Virus record (IMG/VR): IMGVR_UViG_3300049043_000117
Coordinates: 32,001 to 96,000 of that record
Source of the DNA: a virus
Strand: one strand, 5' to 3'
DNA length: 64,000 bases
Shown here one piece after another: positions 1 to 12,102 of this stretch. Position 1 is the stretch's first letter; each line of letters begins with the position of its first letter. Below the pieces are notes generated by a model, which did no database searches, was not told where the DNA came from, and was given only the letters and a program-made list of their open reading frames with translations. The position numbers and the translations under genes were made by a program.

Positions 1-1198
1 CGACCTCTCATTGTACACATGAGAACACTATCATATTCCAAATCCATATGAAGAATCTGTCCAACCTGTTCTCCAATATCATTAACTTCGACAAGAATGT
101 ATGCTTTGTTATAAGCAACAGCAAGATCTTTAATGATATTCGGGAATAACATCGGTTTAATTTGATTGTCTCTATACTTTGCTACAAGATGATATGGAAA
201 TGTCGTTACATCACATATAGTAAATGCAGAATAATCCTTTTCTACACCACGAGCTACATCTACAGTTAAAACATAATTATGATCTTTCTTCAGGTTCTTC
301 ATAAATATCCAATCCTGCATTATGACTTGATTGGATCCTCGTAGATTAAAGATCTAAGTTTTGCTGCAGATATAAGAGTATCAACAGACCCTAAAAATTC
401 ACACTCAAACTCAACTTTGAATTGTTGTTCCGAAGTGTTTGCAATGGTTCGTGCTTTCCATTTATCATCTCTACCAGGAACTTCAGACCAATGAACATCA
501 GTAGGTACATATTCATTCTTACCGCGTTCGGCGTCGTGCCACATGCGGTAGAAGTGGTTCATACCACGAGGGGTAGAAACTATGATGACCTTTGTGCTTT
601 GTCCAGACGATATAGTAGGATAAACAGAGGCAAAGAATTCATCAGCAATGTGATTTGGGATGAAAGCGAATTCGTCCAGAAAGATGATATTATACGATCC
701 GCCTCGGACAGCAGATGCAGAAGTAGATGCGGCGATAATCTTGGAACCATTTTCTAATTCTAGTGATCGTTTATTCCATGATACGATACCTTGTTGCATC
801 CACTTTGGTAGTTTCTCGTATGCAAACTGTAATCTACCTAAGAAGATCTTGTGCAGTGGATGCCTTGTTCGCTAGAATAGCTATGTATTAACATTATCGT
901 TAAACACTGCATAATGTAACAAATATGATACGCAGGTTGTTGACTTACCCGTCTGACGAGGCATCCTACAAATATTAAATCTGTGTTTATGAAAATTATT
1001 GATCAACTTTTCCTGAAACGGATACATCTTAAATGGTATCTCACCATGATCCAGTGAAACAATTTTGATATAATTTTTAGCAAAATACACAGGGTCATTC
1101 TTGCACTTGATAAACTCAAGAATTTGATCCTGTGAAAATTCTACGGCTACATTAGCCTTTTTCAAATTTGGATTACCCAAATAGACTTGATCAGTCAT
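1..1198 (-). CDS. gp17: Terminase large subunit (T4 gp17-like); frameshifted, runs off the left end of the window
   Basis: MTDQVYLGNPNLKKAN N-terminus; Walker A RQTGKSTT; LENGSKI; Walker B IIFLDEFAF; IVSTPRGMNHFY; FKVEFECEFLGS. Nuclease motif TVDVARG is read in the next frame near 250-270. Confidence 0.97.
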
Positions 1199-1202
1199 AA
1201 AA

Positions 1203-1381
1203 TTATAATTTTGCTAAATTTCCTACCAGCTCCTGTTGTTGTAGAAATAGTTTACAATAGCTTTCGCAAATTGCCTTGCCAGTTCATCTCCATCTAATTT
1301 ATCTATGATTCTTGCCTGTTGTTCATAAACAAGCATTTTATTAAGATCACTTAATTTAATATCATCGGGATCAATTGTCAT
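1203..1381 (-). CDS. Small helical protein, possibly NblA-like (phycobilisome degradation adaptor); one frameshift
   Basis: Manual translation gives MTIDPDDIKLSDLNKMLVYEQQARIIDKLDGDELARQFAK/YCKLFLQQQELVGNLAKL*. It fills the gap between two genes, and its length and helix pattern resemble NblA. Confidence 0.5.
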
Positions 1382-1382
1382 T

Positions 1383-3144
1383 TTACTTACCTTGAATTAC
1401 TACAATTGGTTTGGATGGATCGGTAGGGCTTGGATACCACTGCAGTATAACTGCACCTGGATAGAATTTCTCAATTTCCGTTTTTACTTCATCTTTAGAA
1501 GGTCTCTTCATATTTGGGAAGAAGAGTTGAAGATTCATCATGGGTCTACCTCTCCATGAGAAGAGTATAGTATAAACATTACCAGTGGATTGTATCCGTT
1601 GATAGTCCTCGTTTGTCAATTGTCCAGGTTGAATAACTGAATCTGCAAGAGGTAAAGAAGGACCAGAAAGTTTTCTCATTGCAGCATCCTTCTCACCTTT
1701 GTTTGTAGTTCCAGTTGCAAGATTTCTGATCTTTGATTGTCTTTGTGCCTGTCTATGTCCAGAACCGATTTCAAAACTTACATTCTCATTTGCTGGATGA
1801 ATGTTGTTCGGATCATAAGGTATTCTGGAGTTAATGAAGCGGGAAGTGAAAACATTTTCCAATAACCTTCACCATACTTACACTCCTTCATGGTTTCATT
1901 CTTTTTACATTTAGGACAATATCTTTCAACCTCACCCATTTCTTGGAGTTCAAATGATTCTTTCTTAGTTTTATTTCCCCAATTGGCTGCACCAACTTTA
2001 CGACACTTAACTAGAGCTCCAGATGCATATGCAGAAGGCCGAAACTCTATAACGAGATTTTACCTTTGAATAACACGCATCTTTTTCTCCAGCCAGCTTC
2101 TTTAACATCAGTAGAAACATAAGTTGGTTTTGCACCACCAGATTTTTGTTGTTGTCCTGGATCTCCTCTTTTCTTTCTTCTTGATGCAGACAATCTTTCT
2201 GCCTTTTTTCATACTCTCTCTTTTTTCCGAAGAGACGCACTTTGGAGTTCCCTCTCCTGGTTCATCACTTGCACAAGTCCCACCAGTAACAACATTTACC
2301 CATCCAGGTTTTCCTTCTTTTGATTCAGAATCATGAAACCAGTTCCAAAGTGGACTTTTTTTTGCACTTCTTCAAGTTCTACTTCTTCTTTTTTGACACA
2401 GTTTGGATATCTTTTTCCAAACATAGTCTTCATACCTTTTTCTTATATCCAGACCAACATTTTTCATCAAGCGGTTGTGTAAATGATTTGAACTCATAAT
2501 CGGAACCTTTAATAACATCAATTACGGTAGCAAAAAGATTTCCATTTGCATCAAGAATTTCAGCATCCTCTTTAATTCTTTTTTACGACCCTGACAATCG
2601 AGCTGCTCTGTGAGAATCCTTTTGGGTTGTCGCAATTAATTGACTTCTTATATTTCTCAGACCAATCTTCTTTTACTTTCTCTACTTTTTTGAGTTTAGA
2701 ATAGTAGTTTGGAACTTCATCTAAATGTTGGAGGGCAATATCCATTCCCTGATCATTATCTGTCGTGTGTTCATGTTCTACTTTCATCCCCATCTCAAGT
2801 TGTTTTTGGATTACTGATGGGGATACATCATAGCTTTTGCGATTTCTTCTACCGACTTGTGGCCTTTGAAACCTTCTTTTACTTCTTTAGTTCTTTTGGT
2901 GTCATCTTCTCCGTGAGAAAGATGATCGGCTGCTGTATCAAGATACTCTGCAGCTTAGTGATCTTTGACTGAACCCATACTTCAAGATCTCCCTCACCAT
3001 TGAGTTTAGTCATCAATCTATTAATTGCATCTTTATGTTCTTAAGTTCTCCACGGGCCATGGAAAACTCAAAGTCTTCTCCAAGAGGTGCAATAGTTTCT
3101 AGGTCTGCGAGAATAGACCACTCTTTAAAGGTGAGTTTATCCAT
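1383..3144 (-). CDS. Mosaic multi-motif protein, probable internal virion protein; several frameshifts
   Basis: ATG at 3144 (MDKLTFKEWS). Successive fragments: GMKVEHEHT..DIALQHLDEVPNYYSKL, EDWSEKYKKSINCDNPKGFSQ, GKRYPNCVK, GEKDACYSKVKSRY..SAYASGALVKCRKVGAANWG, and a C-terminal LFFPNMKRPSK domain. Confidence 0.6.
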
Positions 3145-3167
3145 GTATGTTTATAAATTTCCTATTT

Positions 3168-3600
3168 TTATTTAGATAGATCTTGATTCATTGAACTCTT
3201 CAAAAACTTCTGGAGTTCTGCGGTAGATCCTAAGAACACTGCATTGTTTGTAACACTAGTAGGTGCAGATCCTTTTTGTTCTTGATTGATATCTTTCATC
3301 TTCTTCTGAAGATCTAGAAGTTTGTCAGTCACATCTCCAACATTCTTAATTAATTGTCCAGCAACTTCATATGCTCTAGGAGAATCCGATTCTTGTGCAA
3401 GTTCTAGAATGCCGTTGATTGCTTCTTGACCCTTTTCAATAATTGAATAGAGTTGTCCTCTAGAGTACTCATAGTCTTTTTGAAGTTGTTCAGTGGAATC
3501 CGCAATCTTATTAATTGCAACTGGTTCCGACTTCACAATTTCAGATTGAATTGGGGTTGTCTCAATATTCAGAAGCCTTATCAATGTTTTCAAAACTCAT
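3168..3600 (-). CDS. gp16: Terminase small subunit (gp16-like)
   Basis: DYEYSRGQLYSIIEKGQEAINGILELAQESDSPRAYEVAGQLIK and VFLGSTAELQKFLK motifs; lies between gp15 and gp17; ATG at 3600 with an early frameshift. Confidence 0.92.
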
Positions 3601-4646
3601 ACATCGACACCTTTTGTTGTCGCTATAAATTCTACCGTCACCAAATTCGTAACGAGACTCACTAAATCCAAAATCATCATCCAAATTGATCAATTCATCA
3701 TCAGCATCATCAATCACATTAACAGAAGTTCCCGATGTGTGTATTTCAATATTAGTACTATCTTGACCTCTATTTACAAATATTGTATTTCCATCAATTT
3801 TACGAATGAACATAGACTCAGAATTAATCATGATATAAGATTTTTCAGATAATACGGATCCATCAACAACAGTAAATTCCGTTTCATCTACAGAGATGTC
3901 TTGAGAAATTTGAGTAATCTCATCATTGTTATAATCTTGCAATGCTCTTGGTTCTGCCTATATACCTTAATTGTCTAGATGCATTGATTCTATTTGTATT
4001 CGTATAATAATCTACTTGGACTTGTTTAATGATAGCATCATTTGGACTTCCAATCGGACCAAACAAATAAGTTTTAGCAACAAAATCTAAAGTATAAACC
4101 AAAACTCTTCTTGTAGTAAAATCTCCCTCATATTGATCATCCATTGCAATTCTTTCAAGTATCATTGGAACATCTCTTGTTTCTCCAACACTTGTTAATA
4201 AATCAATAGTTAAATTAAAATGTGGTTGAAAATATGGCAATATTTGTTCTACTACTTGCAAAGCATCTTCATTTAATTTAGACATTATTGAAAGTCTAAA
4301 ATTTACATTATAAGGAACAGGCATAAAAACCTTTGATAGCTGATTATTTGATTCATCTAAAACTTTAAAAGTTTGCATAGTAGAAGACTTTCTGCTAGAA
4401 TCGTATGAAATTCCAGTCATTTCAAAAGACATTCTGGGAAGAGTAATTGCAACTCTTTTTTCAAATCTGGAACTTGTTCAATTCTTGCCAGAATTTTTGA
4501 ACAGGTCCATAAGAAATTGGAACTGTAATGATACTAAAATCATCTCCAGCATTATCTTTGTGTTTAATTTGAATATTATTAAAAAGAGTACCAAAAGCTA
4601 CTATGGTTTTTCTCAGTATTTCGTGATAAAAGTAACTTGAGATCAT
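3597..4646 (-). CDS. gp15: Tail sheath stabiliser / tail terminator (gp15-like); frameshifted
   Basis: YFYHEILRKTIVAFGTLFNNI, VPISYGPVQKF, LPRMSFEMTGISYDSSRK, EQILPYFQP, TLDFVAKTYLFGP. Confidence 0.93.
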
Positions 4647-4679
4647 TACAAGTGTGCCTGTAGAGTAATAATTATTTAG

Positions 4680-6109
4680 TTAGTATTCACCAAAAGGGTT
4701 CTTCTGACTGAAATCTAAAATTTCATCTGCAGATAATTCAATTTCAATATTCTCTGCATATGCGTCTAAAAATTCATTTGTTTGAACGGTTGATACTTTA
4801 TAACTTGCAGCAGCTCCAACTATAGATTCTCCTCTTGCAAACGTACCATCAACGACAGAAAGTTTAAGAACTCTATTAATAGAGTCCCAACTTTTAACGT
4901 ATCCAGTTGTACCAGTTCTAGAACCAGTAACGACTTCATTGTAATCGTAATCTCCGAACGTTGTTGAAGTAGGATCAGTGAAAGATATTGTTGGCGTAAA
5001 TGTATATCCTGCACCAGCGTTGGAATAACGAACTGCAACAACGACACCATTGGAATTGAGAACTGTTTCAGCTTTGCATTTCTGATATTAGAAGAAATTC
5101 CGTACTTGTAGGAATGAAAGTTCTTTGAATTGTAACTTGAGGCACTGTAGTATATCCAACTCCTTCCGGATGAAATTCCAATGACCCCAAGAACTCTTGT
5201 GTTTATAACAGCAGTTGCAATTCCACCAAATCCACCTCCACCAGAAATACTAACGATGGGAGGTTCTGTATATCCAAATTCCGGGATTTGTAATAAGAAT
5301 TCTATCAATTGCAAATTTTTGATTTGTAGATCTACTTGTCATAATAGCAACAGCTGTTGCGGTTAACCCACCAGCTGGTGCAGTAGATATAGAAACTATT
5401 GGTGCAAAAGAATAACCAAATCCATCGTTAAGAAGATCTACATATTGAACCGATTTGGAATTTGGATTCGTTGTTGCAAACCCAACCGTCGCAGCAGCTA
5501 CTGTCGCACCAGATCCAACCATTTGAATGGTATAAACATTTCCAAAATCCTTGATAGACTCATTGACTTCAATTCCTGTTGGGTCAACTTCTGGTACATC
5601 AATAATCTCATCTTCGTATTCAAATCTTTCACATCTTAACTCATAAACATATAAGTTATTAAGTTGATAGAATGGTTTTTTCCCTCAACATATTTTATTT
5701 CAAATAAGGATTCATCAAGTGGAAACCAAATTAAATCTCCTTCTTGAGGTCTATACGCAACTTTTCTCTCGTCTTCTGGCCACAATTTCAGTAGAGGAGA
5801 AATAAAATCATCATATCTCTCCTTTGAAATTACAAGATTGATTTCATCATTACTTCTGACACCAAATTTGCTTAACAAATCTCCATTACCACCAAATCCT
5901 TCAAAGTTCATTAAGTAAGCTCTATACGAAAACTATCATCAAACTTTGATGCGGTAACTTCTTTAATGACCGTATTTTCTCCAATAATTCTTCTAGGCAT
6001 GTATAGAACATCCTGTCCATACATTTTGAGTTGTTCGTTAATTAGATCTTGAATAAGTCTCTACCTCACTCGGAGATCCTTGAAGAAAATAAGAGTTAAG
6101 TGGTGACAT
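4680..6109 (-). CDS. gp14: Neck protein gp14-like; frameshifted
   Basis: N-terminus MSPLNSYFLQGS..LIQDLINEQLKMYGQDVLYMPR; LLSKFGVR; RPQEGDLIWFPL..LFEIKYVE; C-terminus DFSQKNPFGEY*. Confidence 0.92.
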
Positions 6110-6110
6110 A

Positions 6111-6946
6111 TCAACCTATGAGATCCATTGGTGGTAATTCGTATTCGTCTTTGAGTTGTTGTTCTAATTTTTCCACTTCTGCAACTCCATCATCATAGAT
6201 TTGTCTACCATTGAGTTGCACTCCTCCGGAAGAAGAACTCCGTTAAATTTAATCATGTTTTGACCCCATTGTTTTTTAATCGAGATGCGGTTAGATATTT
6301 TTTCAACCACCAATCATTATAGAGTTTAGGAGCATCTGCAGGATCAAGAATCCTATAACAATCAATAATTACATACTCATTCTCACCAACCTGAGACCAA
6401 TCAATATCAAGATAGAGTTTATGATTCTTTTTGTTAAAACGAATTTGTGCATTTGGGTTCAATAACCAATCCAAATCTTCGAGGTATCTTTTGACCATTG
6501 CATAGTTTAGGAGATCTAATGCACCATAATAATAAACATCATTTAAGAATAATTGATATTTGATATTGAAAAGACCATCTGATATGGTACTAGAATTAAT
6601 TTTGAGGATATTATTTACACCAATAATACTATCTGGAAGGGGTAGATAGTTAACTCCTTCAACATAAGTCAGAGAAGTTAATCCTGCACCAACTACTACC
6701 GGAGATGTACTTGCAGACCCTACTGGACCTGGTTGGGCTTAGAGTTGTTTTAGTTGCAGGAGTGAGTTTATGTTTTAGAAATACACGATCAATACCATCA
6801 TAGTGACAGCTCATGATAATATTGAATTGCATCAGTCAATTAGATTATCGATTTGATCGTCATCTACATTTATTTCTAAAACTGGCTTCCCTAGTTGTTT
6901 GAGACAGTAATCTTTCAACTCCGACTCTACTAGATGGTTGCACCAT
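6111..6946 (-). CDS. gp13: Neck protein gp13-like; frameshifted
   Basis: LKDYCLKQLGKPVLEINVDDDQID, IRFNKKNHKLYLDIDW, YNDWWLKKYLTA, GVQLNGRQIYDDG, YELPPMDLIG*. Confidence 0.93.
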
Positions 6947-6973
6947 AAAAAAATACCCCTAGTCTTCTAGAGG

Positions 6974-6981
6974 TATTTATA
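6974..6981 (-). promoter_or_regulatory. T4-type late promoter TATAAATA upstream of gp13
   Basis: Exact TATAAATA on the minus strand, about 28 nt upstream of the gp13 ATG. Confidence 0.8.
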
Positions 6982-7036
6982 AATTAACAATAAAGGCATT
7001 GACTAAATAATCTTAGTACATTACTAAGATAGTAAA

Positions 7037-7246
7037 ATGACATTATATATTGTTAGCGCAAGACGTTTATCTGATGGTCATACCATTGAAAAATCCCCAC
7101 GCTTAACAACTAATGAGTTAAATGAGGCAATTGATTTAGCAAAAGAATTTTCCTACTGGAAATGCAAGAATCAGAAGGAACTGCATGGCTATTCAATGTT
7201 TTTGAAGAAGAAGGTTAAAATTAAAATCTCTCACAAAGAGTTTTAA
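7037..7246 (+). CDS. Hypothetical protein
   Basis: 69 aa ORF from the track; no recognisable motif. Confidence 0.4.
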   Translation: MTLYIVSARRLSDGHTIEKSPRLTTNELNEAIDLAKEFSYWKCKNQKELHGYSMFLKKKVKIKISHKEF

Positions 7247-7442
7247 GCATTAAACAATGTTCTAAACCAGATATTACTTCTCTCACAGAAGATTCTGATC
7301 CAGATTCTACATGCGATAATACCGAAATGATTTCAGCATCTTCTTCTGGAGTCCAATTCAGCTCCATCTAAAATTTTTACTTGATCTTTAAGTTCTTCTA
7401 AGGTCATTTTTCTGATACTTTAAAATTATTTATAATTTAATT

Positions 7443-8909
7443 ATGACGATTAATCAAATAAAAACAATAACGATCGTTGGTGGAGGAACCAGTGGGTGGT
7501 TATACAGCTGCATTTTTATCCCACAATAACCCAAATATAAAGATAACAATAGTAGATAAAGAAGTTGGATGCCCAGTAAACATAGGAGAAGCAACCATAC
7601 TTAATTTTGGACCATTCATGGAAATGTGTGGATTTTATATTGAAGATTGGTTTATAAATGTAGATGCAACATATAAATCTGGTATCTTATTTCCAAATTG
7701 GGTAACAGAAGGAAAAAGTGTTTGGCATCCATTTTATATGAATCCAATTTTTGATGAAAAATTTTCATTGCATGATGCATGGTGTAAAAATAAATCATAT
7801 GATTTTGTTGAATATGCCTTACCCATGTATAAAAACTCAATGTGCAATACTATTGATAGAAATGAATTGACTGCATATGCATTTCATATTGATTGTGGTA
7901 AATTAGTTGAGTTTATAAAAAATAAACTCAAAAATAAAATTAATTTTATACAATCGGAAGTTATTAATTTAGAAAAAGATAATAATAAACTAAAAAAAGT
8001 ATTTCTAAAAAATTTTAAATAATCGAATCTGATTTGTTTATAGATTGCACTGGATGGAAAAGTTTATTAAAAGATTCAGACAGAAACTATTTGAATGGGA
8101 GATTGTTCTGTAATACTCCTCTATGTTCTAGAATACCATATACGAATAGAAAAGAAGAATTAACTCCGTATACAATTACCGAATCGGTACATCATGGGTG
8201 GATATGGAAAACACCAGTGCGAACAAGAATTGGATCTGGATTAGTCTTTAATAGAGATATCACAACAATAGAGGAAGCAAAAGAATATTTTGTAAATTAC
8301 TGGAATAATAGGATTTCAAAGGAAGATTTAAAAGTTTTGGAATTGGACCCCATATTATTCTAATAATATATGGGAGGAAAATATTGTTTCAATAGGACTT
8401 TCTCCTGGATTTATAGAACCACTGGAGAGTACTGGTTTAGCTCTTAATTATTGATGGATTAAAAAAATTGCAAAATAAAATATCAGATAGAACTTGGTCT
8501 AAACTTGACACAGAAATATATAATCTAGAAATGAAACTTCATTTTGAAGATTGTATTGATTTTGTCAGTACTGCATTATTCTAAACCATACAAAAATACT
8601 CCTTTTTGGAATTTTGTTAAACAAACTTACAATCCTTCTGAAAAAATAAAGTTAATCGAAAAAATTCTTTCCGAAAAACTTCTATACTCAAAAGACCGAA
8701 GCGAATATCAAGTATTTTCTGGTGCAAATTGGACTACTTGGATGATTCAACTGGGATACGAGGTAAATAGTAATACAACTGTTGATTCTAGAATTTTAGA
8801 AAAAAGTATGATAGAATATAACAATAAAATTGAAGCTTTCAGAAAAAGTTGGTCTGTTGACCATGATACAGAAATTAAAAGATTAGAATTATTCTATAAC
8901 CTAACATGA
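7443..8909 (+). CDS. Flavin-dependent (tryptophan halogenase/PrnA-family) halogenase; frameshifted
   Basis: IVGGGTSGW FAD motif; IGEATI; DATYKSGILFPNW with the catalytic Lys; AYAFHID; FIDCTG; GWIWKTP..RIGSGLVF; GFIEPLESTGL. Confidence 0.9.
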
Positions 8910-9545
8910 TAAATAAAGGAATTTATAATCCAACACTAGAACCTAATGCAATTGTAGGTGGTTGTATTTCTATCTACCGAAAATACACTTGGACAAATTG
9001 GAAAGAAACTATTGAAACTCTAGAAAATGAATGTAATACTCCAGATTTCCAGAATATATTTGAAATGACCACAACAATAGGTACTGGTATATATCAAAAT
9101 CAAAGAACAAATCTAGATTTAGGAATCACTTATTGTGTCAGAGCTTCGGAAATAAAGAATTAATAAAAATACAAAATCAATTTTGCATGTTAATTAATTC
9201 TACTACCAACTTTCTATGTAAATAAATTCCAAATAACAGAAAGTTATTTTCATGAACCCTATAATTCCTTAAAATATAAAGAAAATACCGAATATAAAAC
9301 TCATTATGATGGATGCACATCTACGCATCGACACATTAGTTGTATATTATATTTTGAATGATAATTATCTCGGGGAGAAATAGAATTTCCAAATTTTAAT
9401 GTAAAAATTAAACCACAATCGGGAATGTTTCTAATGTTTCCATCCAATTTTGCATACGCACATACCGTTAAGCCAGTAGTAAGTGGAACAAAATACGCTT
9501 CTCGTTACTTGGTTGCACGATCAACCAACAGGAGAATTGAAATGA
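8906..9545 (+). CDS. 2OG-Fe(II) oxygenase, prolyl-4-hydroxylase-like; frameshifted
   Basis: YKTHYDG (HxD), RHISCILY, GEIEFPNF, MFPSNFAYAHTVKPVVSGTKY (distal His plus the 2OG-binding basic residue). Confidence 0.85.
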
Positions 9546-10311
9546 TATTTAGAGATAATTCAAGTATAACTATCGATTGTTTTACAAATTCTTCTGTAGT
9601 ACTATGAATATTTTCCTATTACACGGCAATTAATGTTAAGTCCAAGTTGGTGGGAAACTCTTTCTCCGAATTTTGAAGTAAATCAAAATGGTACTTTAAG
9701 AACAGAACTCGCAACAATTAAAAAATACCAGGTATTTTTTCTTTACTAAAAAAAGGATTTGTAGTTTTAAATCCTGCAGAACTTTCTATGCAAATTAAAG
9801 ATGTAAATGGAGAGTTAAAATTTACCTACAAATTTGTTGGACCTAATCCAAGATCATATGTTGATTTGCATGATCATAGACAATATTTAGGAGTTTTTGA
9901 CAACAAATATTTACAAGCAAAAATTACGTTACCTTGGTTAATAAAAGAAAAAAAAGGAGTTGAGTTTTTGTTATCAGAACCAACTTGGTCAATGAAAGAT
10001 CCAGGTGAATACCTAATTCCTCCGGAATATTAGATTTCAAGTATCAAAATAATATTAATATAAATTTGTTTATTGAATTAAAAGAATCTAGAATTAATAT
10101 ATCTCCTGGATTTCCTCTTCCTTACATTTTAATTCCTATTTCAGATAAAAAAATTAAAATAAAAAATCATTTAATAACTAATGAAGAATATCAAAAAAAA
10201 TTTGAACTATCCCAACCCCTTGGTTGGACCTCATTTCATAGAAAAAGAAAAGAAATAATAGATAGAAAATCAAAGTGTCCTTTTTTAAATTTTTGTAATT
10301 ATGTTCTGTGA
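9542..10311 (+). CDS. Conserved cyanophage-type hypothetical protein; frameshifted
   Basis: Fragments MIFRDNSSITIDCFT, AKITLPWLIKEKKGVEFL and C-terminal SKCPF join across frameshifts; overlaps both neighbours. Confidence 0.55.
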
Positions 10312-10886
10312 TTTATTTTTCCTACTGCAGTTTGGTATGATACTCTATCAATTAATACGGAAAATTTATTAAATTTTATTTAAGAAAAAAGAAATACATG
10401 TGAAGGAAAAGTAGACTAGTAACACAAATGGTTGGCAATCAAAAGATTTTTCCCCAGAAAGTGATGTAAGATTGTATGAACTATCTTTACGAAATATATA
10501 CAAGAAGTTTAAAAGTAGTAGAACAATTCAAATATGATCTATCTGAGTTAAATTTAAAGTTCTTAAATATGTGGATAAATATTAACTACAAAAATTCATC
10601 AAACAGAGTTCATATTCATCATAATTCAATTTTATCTGGTGTTTATTATTTAAAGTGTCCAGAAAATTGTGGGGATCTTGTATTTCCTAGAAATTATTCG
10701 GAATCATTTATCATAGATAGTATCGGTTCTATTAAAGAAGACAATACATTTAATCATAGGTCAATCTCGTATAGACCAGAAGAAAATAAATTACTACTTT
10801 TTCCATCTTGGGTTCCTCATGAAGTGACAAATAATAACTCGGAAGAAGAAAGAATTTCAATTTCATTTAATTTGGGAATATCTTAA
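10301..10886 (+). CDS. Putative 2OG-Fe(II) oxygenase (TIGR02466-like)
   Basis: LFFPTAVW N-terminus, GWQS, MWININ..NRVHIHHNSILSGVYYLK, LLLFPSWVPHEV..N...RISISFN. Confidence 0.85.
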
Positions 10887-10887
10887 G

Positions 10888-12096
10888 ATGAAAGAATATA
10901 GTATCGGTGTAATCGGTGGAGGTTCGCTGCTGCAGCTGTATCAATTTTATCCATTTTGAATCGCTTCAAAAAGAGAAGGTCTTCCAATAAAATTGACATG
11001 CATTTACGATCCAAACATACCAACAATACAAGTTGGAGAATCAAGTAGTAGTCCAATATTAACTTTATTAATTAATGTTATCAACTTTAAGAGTTTTGGA
11101 TAATTTACCGGAAATTGATGGAACAATAAAGTATGGCGTAAAATATGTAAATTGGTCCAAAAAAGATTTTTATGTAAATCATATAGAACCTGCAATTCAT
11201 TTAAAATAGTCAGAAATTTAGTAACTGGATATTGAAAAAGTAAAAAATAATCATACAAATATATTTTCAATTTTTAATGACAATATTAAAAATTTAATAA
11301 ATGAAAAAAATAATCAAATAAGTGTACAAGGAAATAATTCAACTTATGTTTTTGATTATGTTGTAGATTGTAGAGGATTTGAAAACAATTTTTAATATCA
11401 ATTCCACAGAATATTCTAAACCCGAAGTTTCATCAGTAAATTCTGTTATTTTATTACCAGAAAATATATCAAATGCAAGTGAACTCTACACCACATCAAT
11501 AGCTGATGCATAGAAATGGTTGGATGTTTCAGATTCCACTAACAACAAGAAAAACTTCTGGATATTTGTATAATAAAGAATTGACATCGTATGATGAGGC
11601 AGTAAAAGATTTTTGTAAATTAAAAAATATAGATGAGAATATAGTCTATAATTTAAGGCATTTTTCTTGGGAAGAAAGATATAGAAAAAATCCTACTAGA
11701 ATGGAAATATATTATATTGTGGTAATAAATTATTTTTCTTTGAGCCCAGTAAGCTTTTGCATTACATTACTACGCTGTTTTAACTGATATTACTAATCTC
11801 AAGTATTAAAAGAAAATCCCAAAGAATCAAATACTATTGTTGATAACTTTTATTGTGATTCTATAAACAAAATACAAGATGTTATATCTTTAACTTACCA
11901 ATCAAATATAGAATATAAAACTGAGTTTTGGAATAATATTAAAAAAAAATCAGAAAAAAGATTAATGAACTCACAAAATTTTCGTGAATGGTGTTCAAAT
12001 ATTCAAAATTTTACACATTATTTTTCACATTCAAATGAAATGTTATTAAAGATAGTGGAAGGTATGGAGATAGACATTAATAAATTTAAAATTTAA
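10888..12096 (+). CDS. Second, shorter flavin-dependent halogenase-like protein; frameshifted
   Basis: IGVIGGGS, IPTIQVGESS, DGTIKYGVKYVNW (catalytic Lys position), FDYVVDCRGF, NGWMFQIPLTTRKTSGYLYN, GNKLFFFEP. Confidence 0.8.
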
Positions 12097-12102
12097 AGTA
12101 AA

